Positions 8,355 through 18,294 of a stretch of 64,000 nt of DNA are shown here, piece by piece. The first letter of the stretch is position 1. Every line of letters starts with the position of its first letter. Source of the stretch: an uncultured Planctomycetia bacterium (GTDB lineage: Bacteria > Planctomycetota > Planctomycetia > CAXEIY01); the NCBI GenBank assembly GCA_963996245.1, contig CAXEIY010000142.1:5006-69005 (forward strand), given 5' to 3'. A program made the position numbers and the translations under genes. The notes below the pieces were generated by a model that saw nothing but the letters and a program-made list of their open reading frames with translations, did not search any database and was not told the origin of the DNA.

Positions 8355-11300
8355 TCACGAGGCCGTGGTGTCACCGGAATGTCCGACCAAATGATCCCGG
8401 ACAAATTCAATGGGGTGACTCGCACGCTGTCCCTGGTGGTCGTGAATCTGATGGCGACACGAAAAACCGGGAGCCAGAATGGGACCCTGATGCGAATCAA
8501 TAGCCGGAAACAGTACGCGGCCACCAATGCGCTGACTGATATCATAATGGTCTTTTTCATAACCAAATGATCCGGCCATACCACAGCATCCGGAATCCGG
8601 CTCGTAAACCGTAATCCCGGGTAACCAGTTCAACATCGTACGCGTTGATGCTGTGCCCACCAGTGCCTTTTGCTGACAATGTCCGTGGAAGAGCGCCGTC
8701 TGATTCGTTGTTTTAAAAACTGGAGGTGCTGGGTGAACTGCCTGTTCACGATCCTGCATTGCATTGAGAGGATTAACATCGCTATCAAATGCCTGCTGCC
8801 ATCTTGTGACCAGCCACTCATCCAGCATGAATATCGATCCGGCTAACTTGTCGGTTTCCGGTCCCGGTAACAACTCTGGATATTCATCCACCAGCGTGAG
8901 TAAGCAGCTCGGTTCACAACCAACAAGGTGCATCCCTTGCTCCATCCGGTCAAGCAGGTGGCTCACATTCTTTCTAATCAGCTGTTTCGCCTCTTCGAGC
9001 AGCCCCTTCGAAACAAGCGGGCGTCCGCAACACCACAGATTCGCCAGTTCGACTCGGAATCCAAAAGCTTCCAATAACTCGACAGCTGCCTGATTAATGC
9101 CCGGTTCGGTGTAACTCGTAAGACAATCATTGAGCAAAAGGACCGATTCTTCCTTTCCAGGCGGGTTCAGTGCATGCATGGCGTTATGGGAACCAGTATT
9201 TCGATTTTCCACATGTCTTGCAAACCACTTATTGAAATGGTCATGTACAAAAGGCGGCATGCTTCTACGTCTATCAATCTTCCATAGCTTTTCATTCATC
9301 CAGCGTGTAATTGACAAATCCACAACCCGATTGGACCAGGGGGCCAACATGGACCCGATTCGATTAATCCACGGAACCTGGGTCATGAATCGAACCTCTC
9401 TAGGGATGCCGTGTTCCAGATAGTAATGCGATAAGAATTCCGACTTGAGCTTGCCAACATCCACTCCTGAAGGGCATTCCGATTTACAGGCTTTACACAT
9501 CAAGCAGAGATCAAACACCTCATACATACGATGGGAAGTCCATCCAGCATCGGAAAATTTTCCTGTCAAAGCCAAACGCAAGGCATTGGCACGGCCTCGA
9601 GTTGAATGTTCTTCCTCTCGCGTCGCCATATAGGATGGACACATCGTTCCCTGATTCGTCTTTCGGCAGACACCCGAACCATTACAGGCCTCGGCAGCCC
9701 CCAGAAACCCCGCCTGACGTTGAAAGTCGTAACTGGTTGCCACCTTCGCATCAGGCATCGGAGGTGCCCATCTCAGATTTTCAGAAGGTGTCGGCGATTT
9801 GACAATTTTACCCGGATTCATATGTCCATGAGGATCAAATGCCTCCTTGATCTCACAAAATGCTTTATATAACTGGGTCCCAAATAGTTTTTCATTCCAA
9901 TGGCTGCGTGCCAGACCATCACCGTGCTCACCACTGAGTGACCCGCCAAACTCGATGACCAAATCACATACGGCTTCGGAAATAGCACTCAGCAAGTCCA
10001 CTTCCGTGCGTTGGGTAAGATCCAACATCGGGCGAATGTGAAGACAACCAACTGAAGCATGACCGTAAAATGCGCCCTCGGTACCGAATTGCTTGAGAAT
10101 GGCACGAAATCGCGATACGAATTCGGGCAATCGGGCCGGGTCAACCGCGGTATCTTCTACGAACGCCACCGGTTTCCGTGCTCCCGGAATGGAAAGAAGC
10201 AAGGGGACACCTGCTTTGCGACATCGCCAAATGTGATCTCGTTTTTCAGCTTCGACCGCCCGAACAATCGTATCCAGTCCTGGAGTTTGATATAGCCTGT
10301 TCTCCAGATTTTTGATTGCATCTTCGACTCCGCTGGAGTTGCTACCACTGAACTCGACAATCAGTAACGCTTCAGGTGTTCCCACTACAAAATCCAGATA
10401 ACTGCGATACTGAAAACTACGTGATGCTAATTGAATGATCAGTTTATCGATAAGTTCGACAGCAGAAGGCTGACATTCGATAATCGTTTCCACGGCGTCA
10501 ATAGCATGCGTTAGAGTGCTGAAATGCAGTGCAACAAGCCCCCTGAAGGGTGGCAGATCAACCAGATCGACCTCTGCCTCTGTAATGGTTGCAAGGGTTC
10601 CCTCTGATCCTGTAATCAGATGTGACACGTTGAATACGTCCTCTCCAAACTCCGAACAGTGACGTTCCCATACGGATCTTGCACCGGGCGGCAACAACGC
10701 GGGATCTTGGCACCCTGATACGAACGCATCAAGATTATAGCCACTGACTCGACGAAGAATCTGAGGGTAGCGTGCACGAATTTCTTCTCGATTACTCTCA
10801 ACAATGCGTTTCAATTGACGATAAATACGACCTTCAAGAGTCGGCTGCAGTTCTTTCACTGCTCGTTCTGTTTTTCCCAGTGGTTCCCACCGTGCACAGG
10901 TGCCATCCGAAAGAACCACATCCAGCTTTCGGACATGATCGATTGTTTTCCCGTAAACGATGGACCTTGATCCCGCTGAGTTGTTTCCAATCATACCTCC
11001 CAGATTGGCACGATCACTCGTTGCCACGTCTGGGCCAAACTGAAGTGCAAATTCCGCCGCAGCGGTATTCAACTGATCGAGCACAACACCGGGCTGCACT
11101 TTGGCCACACGTCGGTCCGGATCGATCGAAACAATTCGATTTAAGTATTTGCTGCAATCCATGACCACCGCATCCCCTACGGTCTGACCGGATAAACTGG
11201 TTCCGGCACCTCGGGGAACAATCGCACATCCATACTGGACAACTAATTCGACCGCTCGGGATACTGCCTCGGTGGTTCGCGGAATGATCACACCAACCGG

Positions 11301-11411
11301 TTTGATCTGATAGATACTGGCATCCGTACTGTAAATCGCACGGCTGGCCTCATCAAAACGTATCTCCGCATCGACCTCTTGTGTCAGGGTTCTCTCTAAC
11401 TGATCATACAT
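8355..11411 (-). CDS. FAD-linked oxidase / (Fe-S)-binding oxidoreductase (YdiJ/GlcD-GlcF fusion, D-2-hydroxyacid dehydrogenase-like)
   Basis: YSTDASIY, PRGAGTSLSGQ, GGMIGNNSAG, GSEGTL, SGEHGDG; ferredoxin motifs CNGSGVC...CP and CLMCKACKSECP; CCG domains (WCCGRP, GCCGMAGSFG). Confidence 0.88.
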   Translation of the reverse strand: MYDQLERTLTQEVDAEIRFDEASRAIYSTDASIYQIKPVGVIIPRTTEAVSRAVELVVQYGCAIVPRGAGTSLSGQTVGDAVVMDCSKYLNRIVSIDPDRRVAKVQPGVVLDQLNTAAAEFALQFGPDVATSDRANLGGMIGNNSAGSRSIVYGKTIDHVRKLDVVLSDGTCARWEPLGKTERAVKELQPTLEGRIYRQLKRIVESNREEIRARYPQILRRVSGYNLDAFVSGCQDPALLPPGARSVWERHCSEFGEDVFNVSHLITGSEGTLATITEAEVDLVDLPPFRGLVALHFSTLTHAIDAVETIIECQPSAVELIDKLIIQLASRSFQYRSYLDFVVGTPEALLIVEFSGSNSSGVEDAIKNLENRLYQTPGLDTIVRAVEAEKRDHIWRCRKAGVPLLLSIPGARKPVAFVEDTAVDPARLPEFVSRFRAILKQFGTEGAFYGHASVGCLHIRPMLDLTQRTEVDLLSAISEAVCDLVIEFGGSLSGEHGDGLARSHWNEKLFGTQLYKAFCEIKEAFDPHGHMNPGKIVKSPTPSENLRWAPPMPDAKVATSYDFQRQAGFLGAAEACNGSGVCRKTNQGTMCPSYMATREEEHSTRGRANALRLALTGKFSDAGWTSHRMYEVFDLCLMCKACKSECPSGVDVGKLKSEFLSHYYLEHGIPREVRFMTQVPWINRIGSMLAPWSNRVVDLSITRWMNEKLWKIDRRRSMPPFVHDHFNKWFARHVENRNTGSHNAMHALNPPGKEESVLLLNDCLTSYTEPGINQAAVELLEAFGFRVELANLWCCGRPLVSKGLLEEAKQLIRKNVSHLLDRMEQGMHLVGCEPSCLLTLVDEYPELLPGPETDKLAGSIFMLDEWLVTRWQQAFDSDVNPLNAMQDREQAVHPAPPVFKTTNQTALFHGHCQQKALVGTASTRTMLNWLPGITVYEPDSGCCGMAGSFGYEKDHYDISQRIGGRVLFPAIDSHQGPILAPGFSCRHQIHDHQGQRASHPIEFVRDHLVGHSGDTTAS

Positions 11412-11815
11412 GGTTTCAATAAATCGACTTTACTTGAAATAAACAGAAAGAATGAAACACGCTACCTATCACACGATAATCCAAATCAAAATACTCAATG
11501 GACTCTTAGCACACGGTTCGAACAAAGCCCCGCAAACGGAAAACGACCGGAAGTTCACAGTGACAGATGCCAGCATCGATACCGTATCGCATAGAAAGCG
11601 CCCTTTCCTCAAATACTGGAATCCTCACATGATATAATAAACATAATACAACGCTGATTAGCATATGGATTGCTTAGGGCTATTTCGACTGTCTTCCTTC
11701 AAGATGGATGAAAGTCCCCTCATATTGGTGGTTCCCTTTCCCCAAATGCCTAAACTTGAATGGGTTTTGAGATCATCGGCAATTCTGTACAAGATTAACC
11801 AGAACCGGTCCGACC

Positions 11816-12523
11816 ATGAATCATTCTCATCATTCCTCATCCCATTTATCTCGAGTACTCGAGCCCGAGGTAATGGATACGGTAGAGGATGCACATGACT
11901 ATGACAGTATGGATCACCGAGAGGTGAATGAACTTTTCGTAACACATCTGCTGAAACAGATTCAGAACCGTGACCAGCTACGAAATATTCACGTTTTACC
12001 CATTCTTGATGTAGGAACCGGTACCGCACAAATACCCATTGAACTGTGCCAACGATTCGAAAGTTCCCATATTTCGGCCATAGATCTTGCAGAACAAATG
12101 ATTGCAAAAGCGCAAAACAATGTAACCCAGGCGGATTTGCAAAGCAGAATTTCTCTTCAGACAATCGATGCTAAATCCATGCCCTATGAAGACCATATGT
12201 TTCCCGTTGTCATGTCGAACAGCATCGTGCACCATATCCCTTGTCCCGAGATGGTCCTGTCTGAAATGGTCCGTGTCACTCAGCCTGGCGGCCTTATTTT
12301 TGTACGTGACCTGTTGCGTCCAGAAAAAATACAGCATCTTCGTGATCTGGTGGATCGGTATGCAGGCGAAGCCAATGCTCACCAACAACTTCTCTTCCAT
12401 CAATCCCTGCATGCCAGTCTTACCATGGATGAGATGCGATCCCTGATCCAAAAAATTGGAATCCCTCCGGAAACCGTAGAACAGACATCCGATCGACACT
12501 GGACCTGGACCTGTTTGCTGTAA
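11816..12523 (+). CDS. Class I SAM-dependent methyltransferase
   Basis: SAM motif ILDVGTGTA; SNSIVHH; PGGLIFVRDL; N-terminal RVLEPEVMD. Confidence 0.85.
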   Translation: MNHSHHSSSHLSRVLEPEVMDTVEDAHDYDSMDHREVNELFVTHLLKQIQNRDQLRNIHVLPILDVGTGTAQIPIELCQRFESSHISAIDLAEQMIAKAQNNVTQADLQSRISLQTIDAKSMPYEDHMFPVVMSNSIVHHIPCPEMVLSEMVRVTQPGGLIFVRDLLRPEKIQHLRDLVDRYAGEANAHQQLLFHQSLHASLTMDEMRSLIQKIGIPPETVEQTSDRHWTWTCLL

Positions 12524-12592
12524 CAGCTCTCACCGAATCTAATTGGGATCCGGCAGTCGGCTTACCATCAAGTTACATCGGAAACAGCGCTT

Positions 12593-13270
12593 CTACCGAC
12601 TGTCCTGCAAACGAGTGACATAATATAACAGGGTTGCTATCGCCTGCAGCGTCGCTGCGACATAGGTCCATGCTGCCGCATCAAGAACTTGTTTGACTAC
12701 CATTGCCTGATCGGAATCGATAATTCCCAGTGCAACCAATTCTCTTCGAGCCCGGGTACTGGCATTGAATTCGACTGGCAAGTTAATGATCTGGAATGCG
12801 ACAAAAGCACTAAAAAGACCAATACCCAGCACCAGTAGAGCCGGAAATTTAAAAATAAATCCTATTATCAGCATCCAAATCCCAACCGAAGGCCCTAGCT
12901 TTGCGGCAGGAACGGCGGCGTTTCGTACCACCAAGGGCATATAATTACGAGCATCCTGAATAGCATGTCCTGCTTCGTGGGCCGCAATTCCCACAGCGGC
13001 AAGTGAACAAGTGTGATAATTCTGTTCACTGAGTCGCAGTACCTTACCGCGAGGATCATAATGGTCTGTAAGGTGTCCTTCAGTTATTTCAATCGTCACA
13101 TTAGTGGCACCGCTAGAATCAAGGATATACCTTGCGGCCGCCGCACCGCTCAAAGGCGCTGGCATCCTGGAGGCTTTCTGATAGGTACTCTTCACCTTTA
13201 GCTGCGCATATAGCCCAAGAAGAAGGAATGGACCCACATACAAAAAATACATCGGATCAAATAAGAACAT
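12593..13270 (-). CDS. Membrane zinc metallopeptidase (YugP / Zn_peptidase_2 family)
   Basis: Motifs LTDHYDP, AAHEAGHAIQ (HExxH), LPVEFNAS, AAWTYVAA. Confidence 0.9.
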   Translation of the reverse strand: MFLFDPMYFLYVGPFLLLGLYAQLKVKSTYQKASRMPAPLSGAAAARYILDSSGATNVTIEITEGHLTDHYDPRGKVLRLSEQNYHTCSLAAVGIAAHEAGHAIQDARNYMPLVVRNAAVPAAKLGPSVGIWMLIIGFIFKFPALLVLGIGLFSAFVAFQIINLPVEFNASTRARRELVALGIIDSDQAMVVKQVLDAAAWTYVAATLQAIATLLYYVTRLQDSR

Positions 13271-13500
13271 GGCCCTCGCCTTTCCACAGTTTCTCGTTCC
13301 GGAATGAGATCGCTGTTTGAAACCCCATTGAGTACCTTATATTACGATTTTCAAGGTACCTGGTTCAATGGGGATCCCAGGAACGTTAATGGATTCCCTG
13401 TTTTTCGGAATCAGTTTCGTTAATTGCTGCTTCGGGACAACAGGCAAAATCTGAAAATCACACTGGAAACTACTCCTTCGGCGCTTAGGATAACCAGACT

Positions 13501-14784
13501 ATGAACAAGACAGCTGTCCAAACACAGACTCTGAATGCCGGCATGGTCGGAATGGGAATGATCTTTGAAGAAACCTATCGACCCGTATTTGAACATCTAC
13601 ATAAAAAAGGCCTTTACGACCACACCTTCGGTTTTGTGCAGGTTCCGCTATCGGCAACGGCCAGCCGCACCGGGTCCAGAGCACGACGTTACCTGGAAAA
13701 AGCCGGCAATCGAATAGCACCCTTCCACTGCTTTTCCGAACCGGATTCCCTGAATCAACTACTGAATTCAGATGTTGATTTTGTCTGTGTTGCAACACCA
13801 GACGATCGCCATTTTGAGGCCGCCAGAAAAGTCCTGAGCGCAGGGAAACATCTTTTTGTTGAAAAACCCTCTGTGCTTACGCTTCAGCAACTTGATGAAC
13901 TGACCAAGCTCGCTGATCAAAAACAGGTCCTGGCCAAAGTGGTATACCATAAGCTTCTTGACCCGGACCACAAGAAACTGAGAACCCTGGTAGCAACAGA
14001 AACCCTGCAACACATCAACACGGGATACTGTTCTCTGCTGGAACCCAAACAGATTTCAGGGGAACAATTTTCTGAGTGGATCAAGGGACGTAATCCCGGA
14101 ACTTATGTCGCCGTTCACTACATTAAACTTATTGACTTTACATTTGGCGGAAAATTGAAAACTGTCATGGCAACAGGCCAAAGAGGCCTGGTCGGGGACC
14201 CTGACGGAAAAACCTGGGATTCCGTACAGTTACGACTGATCTATCAATATGAGGACTCACGAGAAGCTGCATTTGACATTCATACAAGCTGGGTCACTCC
14301 AGACAACTTCGCCGGTTATGTTGAACAAGAAGTACAGTTCCGCTTTGATAACGGTCTCTGGAACGGACACAGTCGAAAACGTGGTGTCGAATTGACGGTT
14401 GAAGACCAGACTCCCATGGAACTCAAAAGTACCATCAACAACCACTACAACGGAACTTTCCTTGAGCCATGGGGAGAAAAGAGCCAGCGGGGTTACGGCC
14501 TTGAGGTGATTGAACAATTTATACGCGAAGTAGCCACGGTTGAATTTGCTGGTCCTCAATCGGAACGAGCCGAACGCGTCGCGCGGATTGCACAATTCGA
14601 CTACAATGATATCCGTTCTGATCGTCAAACAGTTGCCGCCGTTCAGGCTATGGAAGCTATTCTAGAAAAATCATCCCAAGGTACACCTGACACGATCGTG
14701 TATGTCAACCATGAGCTCGGTGGACTGGTCCTGTTCACACCGGGATCAAATGAGCCTGAAATTTTATATACACCCCATGTGTAA
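13501..14784 (+). CDS. Gfo/Idh/MocA family NAD(P)-dependent oxidoreductase
   Basis: Rossmann GMVGMGMI; VDFVCVATPDDRH; GKHLFVEKP. Confidence 0.8.
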   Translation: MNKTAVQTQTLNAGMVGMGMIFEETYRPVFEHLHKKGLYDHTFGFVQVPLSATASRTGSRARRYLEKAGNRIAPFHCFSEPDSLNQLLNSDVDFVCVATPDDRHFEAARKVLSAGKHLFVEKPSVLTLQQLDELTKLADQKQVLAKVVYHKLLDPDHKKLRTLVATETLQHINTGYCSLLEPKQISGEQFSEWIKGRNPGTYVAVHYIKLIDFTFGGKLKTVMATGQRGLVGDPDGKTWDSVQLRLIYQYEDSREAAFDIHTSWVTPDNFAGYVEQEVQFRFDNGLWNGHSRKRGVELTVEDQTPMELKSTINNHYNGTFLEPWGEKSQRGYGLEVIEQFIREVATVEFAGPQSERAERVARIAQFDYNDIRSDRQTVAAVQAMEAILEKSSQGTPDTIVYVNHELGGLVLFTPGSNEPEILYTPHV

Positions 14785-14820
14785 TACCTGACATTTTTTC
14801 AGAGACAAGGAACTCTACTT

Positions 14821-16224
14821 ATGCATTCCGAGTGCATTGCCTTTCGCAACGAAGAACAATCCAATGACCATCGACGTGACATCCAGGATCTGGAACCTCG
14901 GAGCTTACGCACCTTCACTCCAACCCTGGCCGTGCTCGACCGGTCCGCCGGTTCCTATCATTGGACAGTCGAAGGTCGCCAACTCTACGACTACACTTCA
15001 GGTGTACTCGTTGCCAATCTTGGGCACAATCCGCGCGCATGGTTGGAACGATTGTTCCATCATTTGGGTTGGGATAATGCACCGCTTGCAGGAACATCCA
15101 GCGATGAAACTACCCCTGAGGAACTGTTACCCTTTGTCTCCGCACGACCGTTGACCGCCTACAATGCCACAACTCCTCTGGAATCTGAGACCTGTCGACG
15201 TCTTCTTGCAAACCTGCATGCGAGCCCGGGCAGCCAACGTCTGGAACAGATTCTATGGGCAGCCTCCGGAAGTGAGGCAATTCAAAAAGCGCTCTGGGCG
15301 GCGTTACACCATAACCCTGAAAAGGACATCATATTGGCTACGCGCCATGGATTTCATGGGAAAAAAGGGCTTGCTGGGGCATGTACTGGTAGTGAAGAGA
15401 GTCCGAACCGGGACCCACGTGTCCAGTTTGTCACCTTCCCGACGGACGAGTCATCGGATGTCACCAATCGAACACAGCCTTTCGATCCTGCACCCTATCA
15501 AAAGGAACTGGAATCACTGAAACAGAAACACGGATCGCGTCTGAGTTGCCTTATCACCGAACCTTATCTGGGTGGTGCCGGTTCTTTTCATCCACCCACC
15601 GAATATCTGCAGCTTCTTCAATCTTTCTGTCGCGAAAATCAAATGCTCTTTATTCTTGACGAAGTGCAATCTAATTTCGGAAGAACCGGAGCCATGTACG
15701 CTTTCGAAACGTACGGTCTCGAACCAGATATTGTCGTGCTTGGCAAAGGGATGGGAAATGGAGCACCGGTTGCAGCTGCAGTGGGAAGTGCTGCAATACT
15801 GGGAAGCATGGAATACGGAGAAGCTTCCGATACCTACAGTGCCAACCCCCTATGTTGTGCAGCGGTTTTAGCCACACTGGAAGTGTTCGAAAGCACAGAT
15901 GTAATTGGACATGCGCGTCGTATCTCAGCCATCATTGAAGAGCATCTGCTGGACCTAAAAAATCTCCAATGGGTAGCACATATCCGGGGTGAAGGTATGG
16001 TATGGGGGGTCGAGCTGAGCGACTTCCAGGATCGTTCTTCATCCGACGTAGCCAACGCCTGCGTTCGCGCCTGTTATCTGGGTGATAGCAATGGTCGTGC
16101 GATACACCTGATGGGACCACTCGCAGGAAACGTGCTGCGTATCAGCCCACCACTGACTATATCCGAAACAGATGCACGAGAGTCTCTCGGCGTGTTCTGC
16201 AATATCCTGAGTGATCTCTGGTAG
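14821..16224 (+). CDS. Class III PLP-dependent aminotransferase
   Basis: Motifs DYTSGVLVANLGHN, SGSEA, GFHG, ILDEVQSNFGRTG, LGKGMGNG (PLP Lys), RISPPL. Confidence 0.9.
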   Translation: MHSECIAFRNEEQSNDHRRDIQDLEPRSLRTFTPTLAVLDRSAGSYHWTVEGRQLYDYTSGVLVANLGHNPRAWLERLFHHLGWDNAPLAGTSSDETTPEELLPFVSARPLTAYNATTPLESETCRRLLANLHASPGSQRLEQILWAASGSEAIQKALWAALHHNPEKDIILATRHGFHGKKGLAGACTGSEESPNRDPRVQFVTFPTDESSDVTNRTQPFDPAPYQKELESLKQKHGSRLSCLITEPYLGGAGSFHPPTEYLQLLQSFCRENQMLFILDEVQSNFGRTGAMYAFETYGLEPDIVVLGKGMGNGAPVAAAVGSAAILGSMEYGEASDTYSANPLCCAAVLATLEVFESTDVIGHARRISAIIEEHLLDLKNLQWVAHIRGEGMVWGVELSDFQDRSSSDVANACVRACYLGDSNGRAIHLMGPLAGNVLRISPPLTISETDARESLGVFCNILSDLW

Positions 16225-16336
16225 CAGGATAACACAGTATCTCAACCGAGGGCACATTGCCTACTGGTTATTTTGACACGTATCTAGCTTGAAAAAAACC
16301 GCCATCACCGGGAAATGAAGACACGGCGTACGTCTA

Positions 16337-17584
16337 TTAAATCGATCCGTTACGATAACCGACTATCAAACTCGCATTGTGCCCGCCAAATCCGAAACTG
16401 TTGGACATCGCTCGCTTCAGTGGCACTTCTCGAGACTCATTAGGAACATAATCAAGATCACATTCTGGATCAGCATTATCGTAATTGATTGTGGGTGGGA
16501 TCACAGATTTATTGATCGCCAGAATGCTGACAATCAATTCAACTCCACCACTTGCTCCCAGTAAATGTCCCAGCTGACTCTTGGTACTTGAGACCGGTAA
16601 TTGCGTCGCATGACTGCCAAACACAGTTTTGATGGCAGCGGTTTCGGCCTTATCTCCGAGAGGAGTACTGGTGCCATGCGCATTGATATAATCAACTGCT
16701 TCGGGACCGAGCTCTGCATTGTTAAGGGCAGATTGCATCGCCCTGGCTGCACCAGAACCATTCGGGTCCGGAGCGGTCATGTGAGAGCCGTCCGCACTGA
16801 CCCCGTAACCCAACAGTTCAGCATAAATGCGTGCGCCTCGCTTCTTGGCATGTTCATACTCTTCCAGTACAAGGATTCCTGCACCTTCGCTGAGCACAAA
16901 TCCGTCGCGATCATTATCAAAAGGACGACTGGCACTTTGAGGGTCATCGTTGCGTGACGAAAGTGCCCGCATCGCACAAAACCCACTCAGTCCCATAGGA
17001 GTCACCGCTGCTTCGCTACCTCCCGTGACCATGACGTCGCTATCGTTTCGTACGATTGTCTGGAAAGCCTCTCCAATAGCATTGGACGCGCTGGCACAAG
17101 CAGTAGCTACCGCCGTATTGGGTCCACACAGTCCAAACAATATGGATAGTTGACCGCTGGCAGCATTGACCATGAGCTTCGGAATCATAAATGCCGAAAC
17201 TTTACTAGGACCGCTTTCAATCAGCTTGGAATGCTGGGCCTCGATTTCGTCCAGTCCACCAATTCCGCTACCGACAATTACACCACAGCGATGCGGATTT
17301 TCCTCTTCCATCGTCAGGCCACTGTCTTCGACAGCCTTCATACCCGCTGCAATGGCAAACTGAGTAAAGCGATCTACCCGGCGGACTTGCTTATGCGACA
17401 TGAAGGCGCTGGCATCAAAATCCTTCACCTCACCACCAAAACGAGTGCGGTACGGGGCAGGGTCAAAACCTTCTATCCCGGATACACCGCTATGGCCCTC
17501 ACAGATTCGATTCCAAAAACCGTTCAGCTCCATGCCTAGCGCATTGACCGTCCCCATCCCTGTGATCACAACGCGCCGTCGCAT
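16337..17584 (-). CDS. fabF: 3-oxoacyl-ACP synthase II
   Basis: Motifs RRVVITGMG, TACAS (catalytic Cys), NAHGTST, GHLLGA, NSFGFGGHN. The ATG overlaps the acpP stop (TAATG). Confidence 0.95.
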   Translation of the reverse strand: MRRRVVITGMGTVNALGMELNGFWNRICEGHSGVSGIEGFDPAPYRTRFGGEVKDFDASAFMSHKQVRRVDRFTQFAIAAGMKAVEDSGLTMEEENPHRCGVIVGSGIGGLDEIEAQHSKLIESGPSKVSAFMIPKLMVNAASGQLSILFGLCGPNTAVATACASASNAIGEAFQTIVRNDSDVMVTGGSEAAVTPMGLSGFCAMRALSSRNDDPQSASRPFDNDRDGFVLSEGAGILVLEEYEHAKKRGARIYAELLGYGVSADGSHMTAPDPNGSGAARAMQSALNNAELGPEAVDYINAHGTSTPLGDKAETAAIKTVFGSHATQLPVSSTKSQLGHLLGASGGVELIVSILAINKSVIPPTINYDNADPECDLDYVPNESREVPLKRAMSNSFGFGGHNASLIVGYRNGSI

Positions 17585-17820
17585 TAGCCCATCTGCTCCT
17601 CTATATAACCAACCGCCTGTCCGACGCTCTGAATTTTCTCAGCTTCGTCATCGGGAATGGTAATGTCGAATTCCTCTTCTATCTCCATCACCAACTCCAC
17701 GGTATCAAGAGAATCAGCACCAAGATCATTGACAAATGTCGTATCTTTAGTGACCGTATCTTTTTCAACACCCATTTGACTACTAACGATTTCTATTACT
17801 CGCTCTTCAACCGAAGGCAC
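17584..17820 (-). CDS. acpP: Acyl carrier protein
   Basis: [20 protein letters not shown] (phosphopantetheine Ser). GTG start at 17820 is preceded by GGGAGG. Confidence 0.95.
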   Translation of the reverse strand: MPSVEERVIEIVSSQMGVEKDTVTKDTTFVNDLGADSLDTVELVMEIEEEFDITIPDDEAEKIQSVGQAVGYIEEQMG

Positions 17821-17948
17821 CTGCAATTCCTCCCGATAAAATTGATTGAGACAAGGGACAAAACGCCCTTGCCAGCATCCATTCTATTTCTCAAGCAACA
17901 CGAAATGAACTAAGACCAATTGACTATCTAAATTGTCACTCGGCGCAA

Positions 17949-17977
17949 GATATAGCGATTTTATGGACTTTTGTCTA
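17949..17977 (-). promoter_or_regulatory. Candidate sigma70-type promoter for acpP-fabF
   Basis: Minus strand TAGACA-N17-TATATC, about 130 nt upstream of the acpP start. Confidence 0.4.
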
Positions 17978-18169
17978 GCTCTTCCTTGTTAAATCGTGCT
18001 CATATTACCCGGATCGTTCAAAGTTTTCACCTGCAACAACCCTAAACTTTCGCCATACATTTGAGCTATTTGTCGGTAGATCTACCTGTGAAACGGCCAA
18101 GAGTTCATTCTGTACGGCTTGATTGAGACCAAAACTAACAGCCTGGCTAGATTTTTCCTACCTGAAAAT

Positions 18170-18178
18170 TGTTATAAT
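18170..18178 (+). promoter_or_regulatory. Candidate extended -10 promoter for the DUF4159 gene
   Basis: Perfect TGnTATAAT (TGTTATAAT) about 120 nt upstream of 18295. Confidence 0.4.
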
Positions 18179-18294
18179 GAACGCAAATTATCGACTCGGA
18201 ACCTTTTCACTTCAACGGCCTCTTGAACCGAATGGTCCTATATACAACAAGTAATGTGTAGCCTGTGAAAACTCCCCATGATAAAGGATGAACC

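Noticed and set aside
11816-11845. His-rich N-terminus (MNHSHHSSSH) of the methyltransferase as a metal-binding tag
   Set aside because: It is short, fits the C/A-rich bias of + strand sequence, and may lie upstream of the true start.
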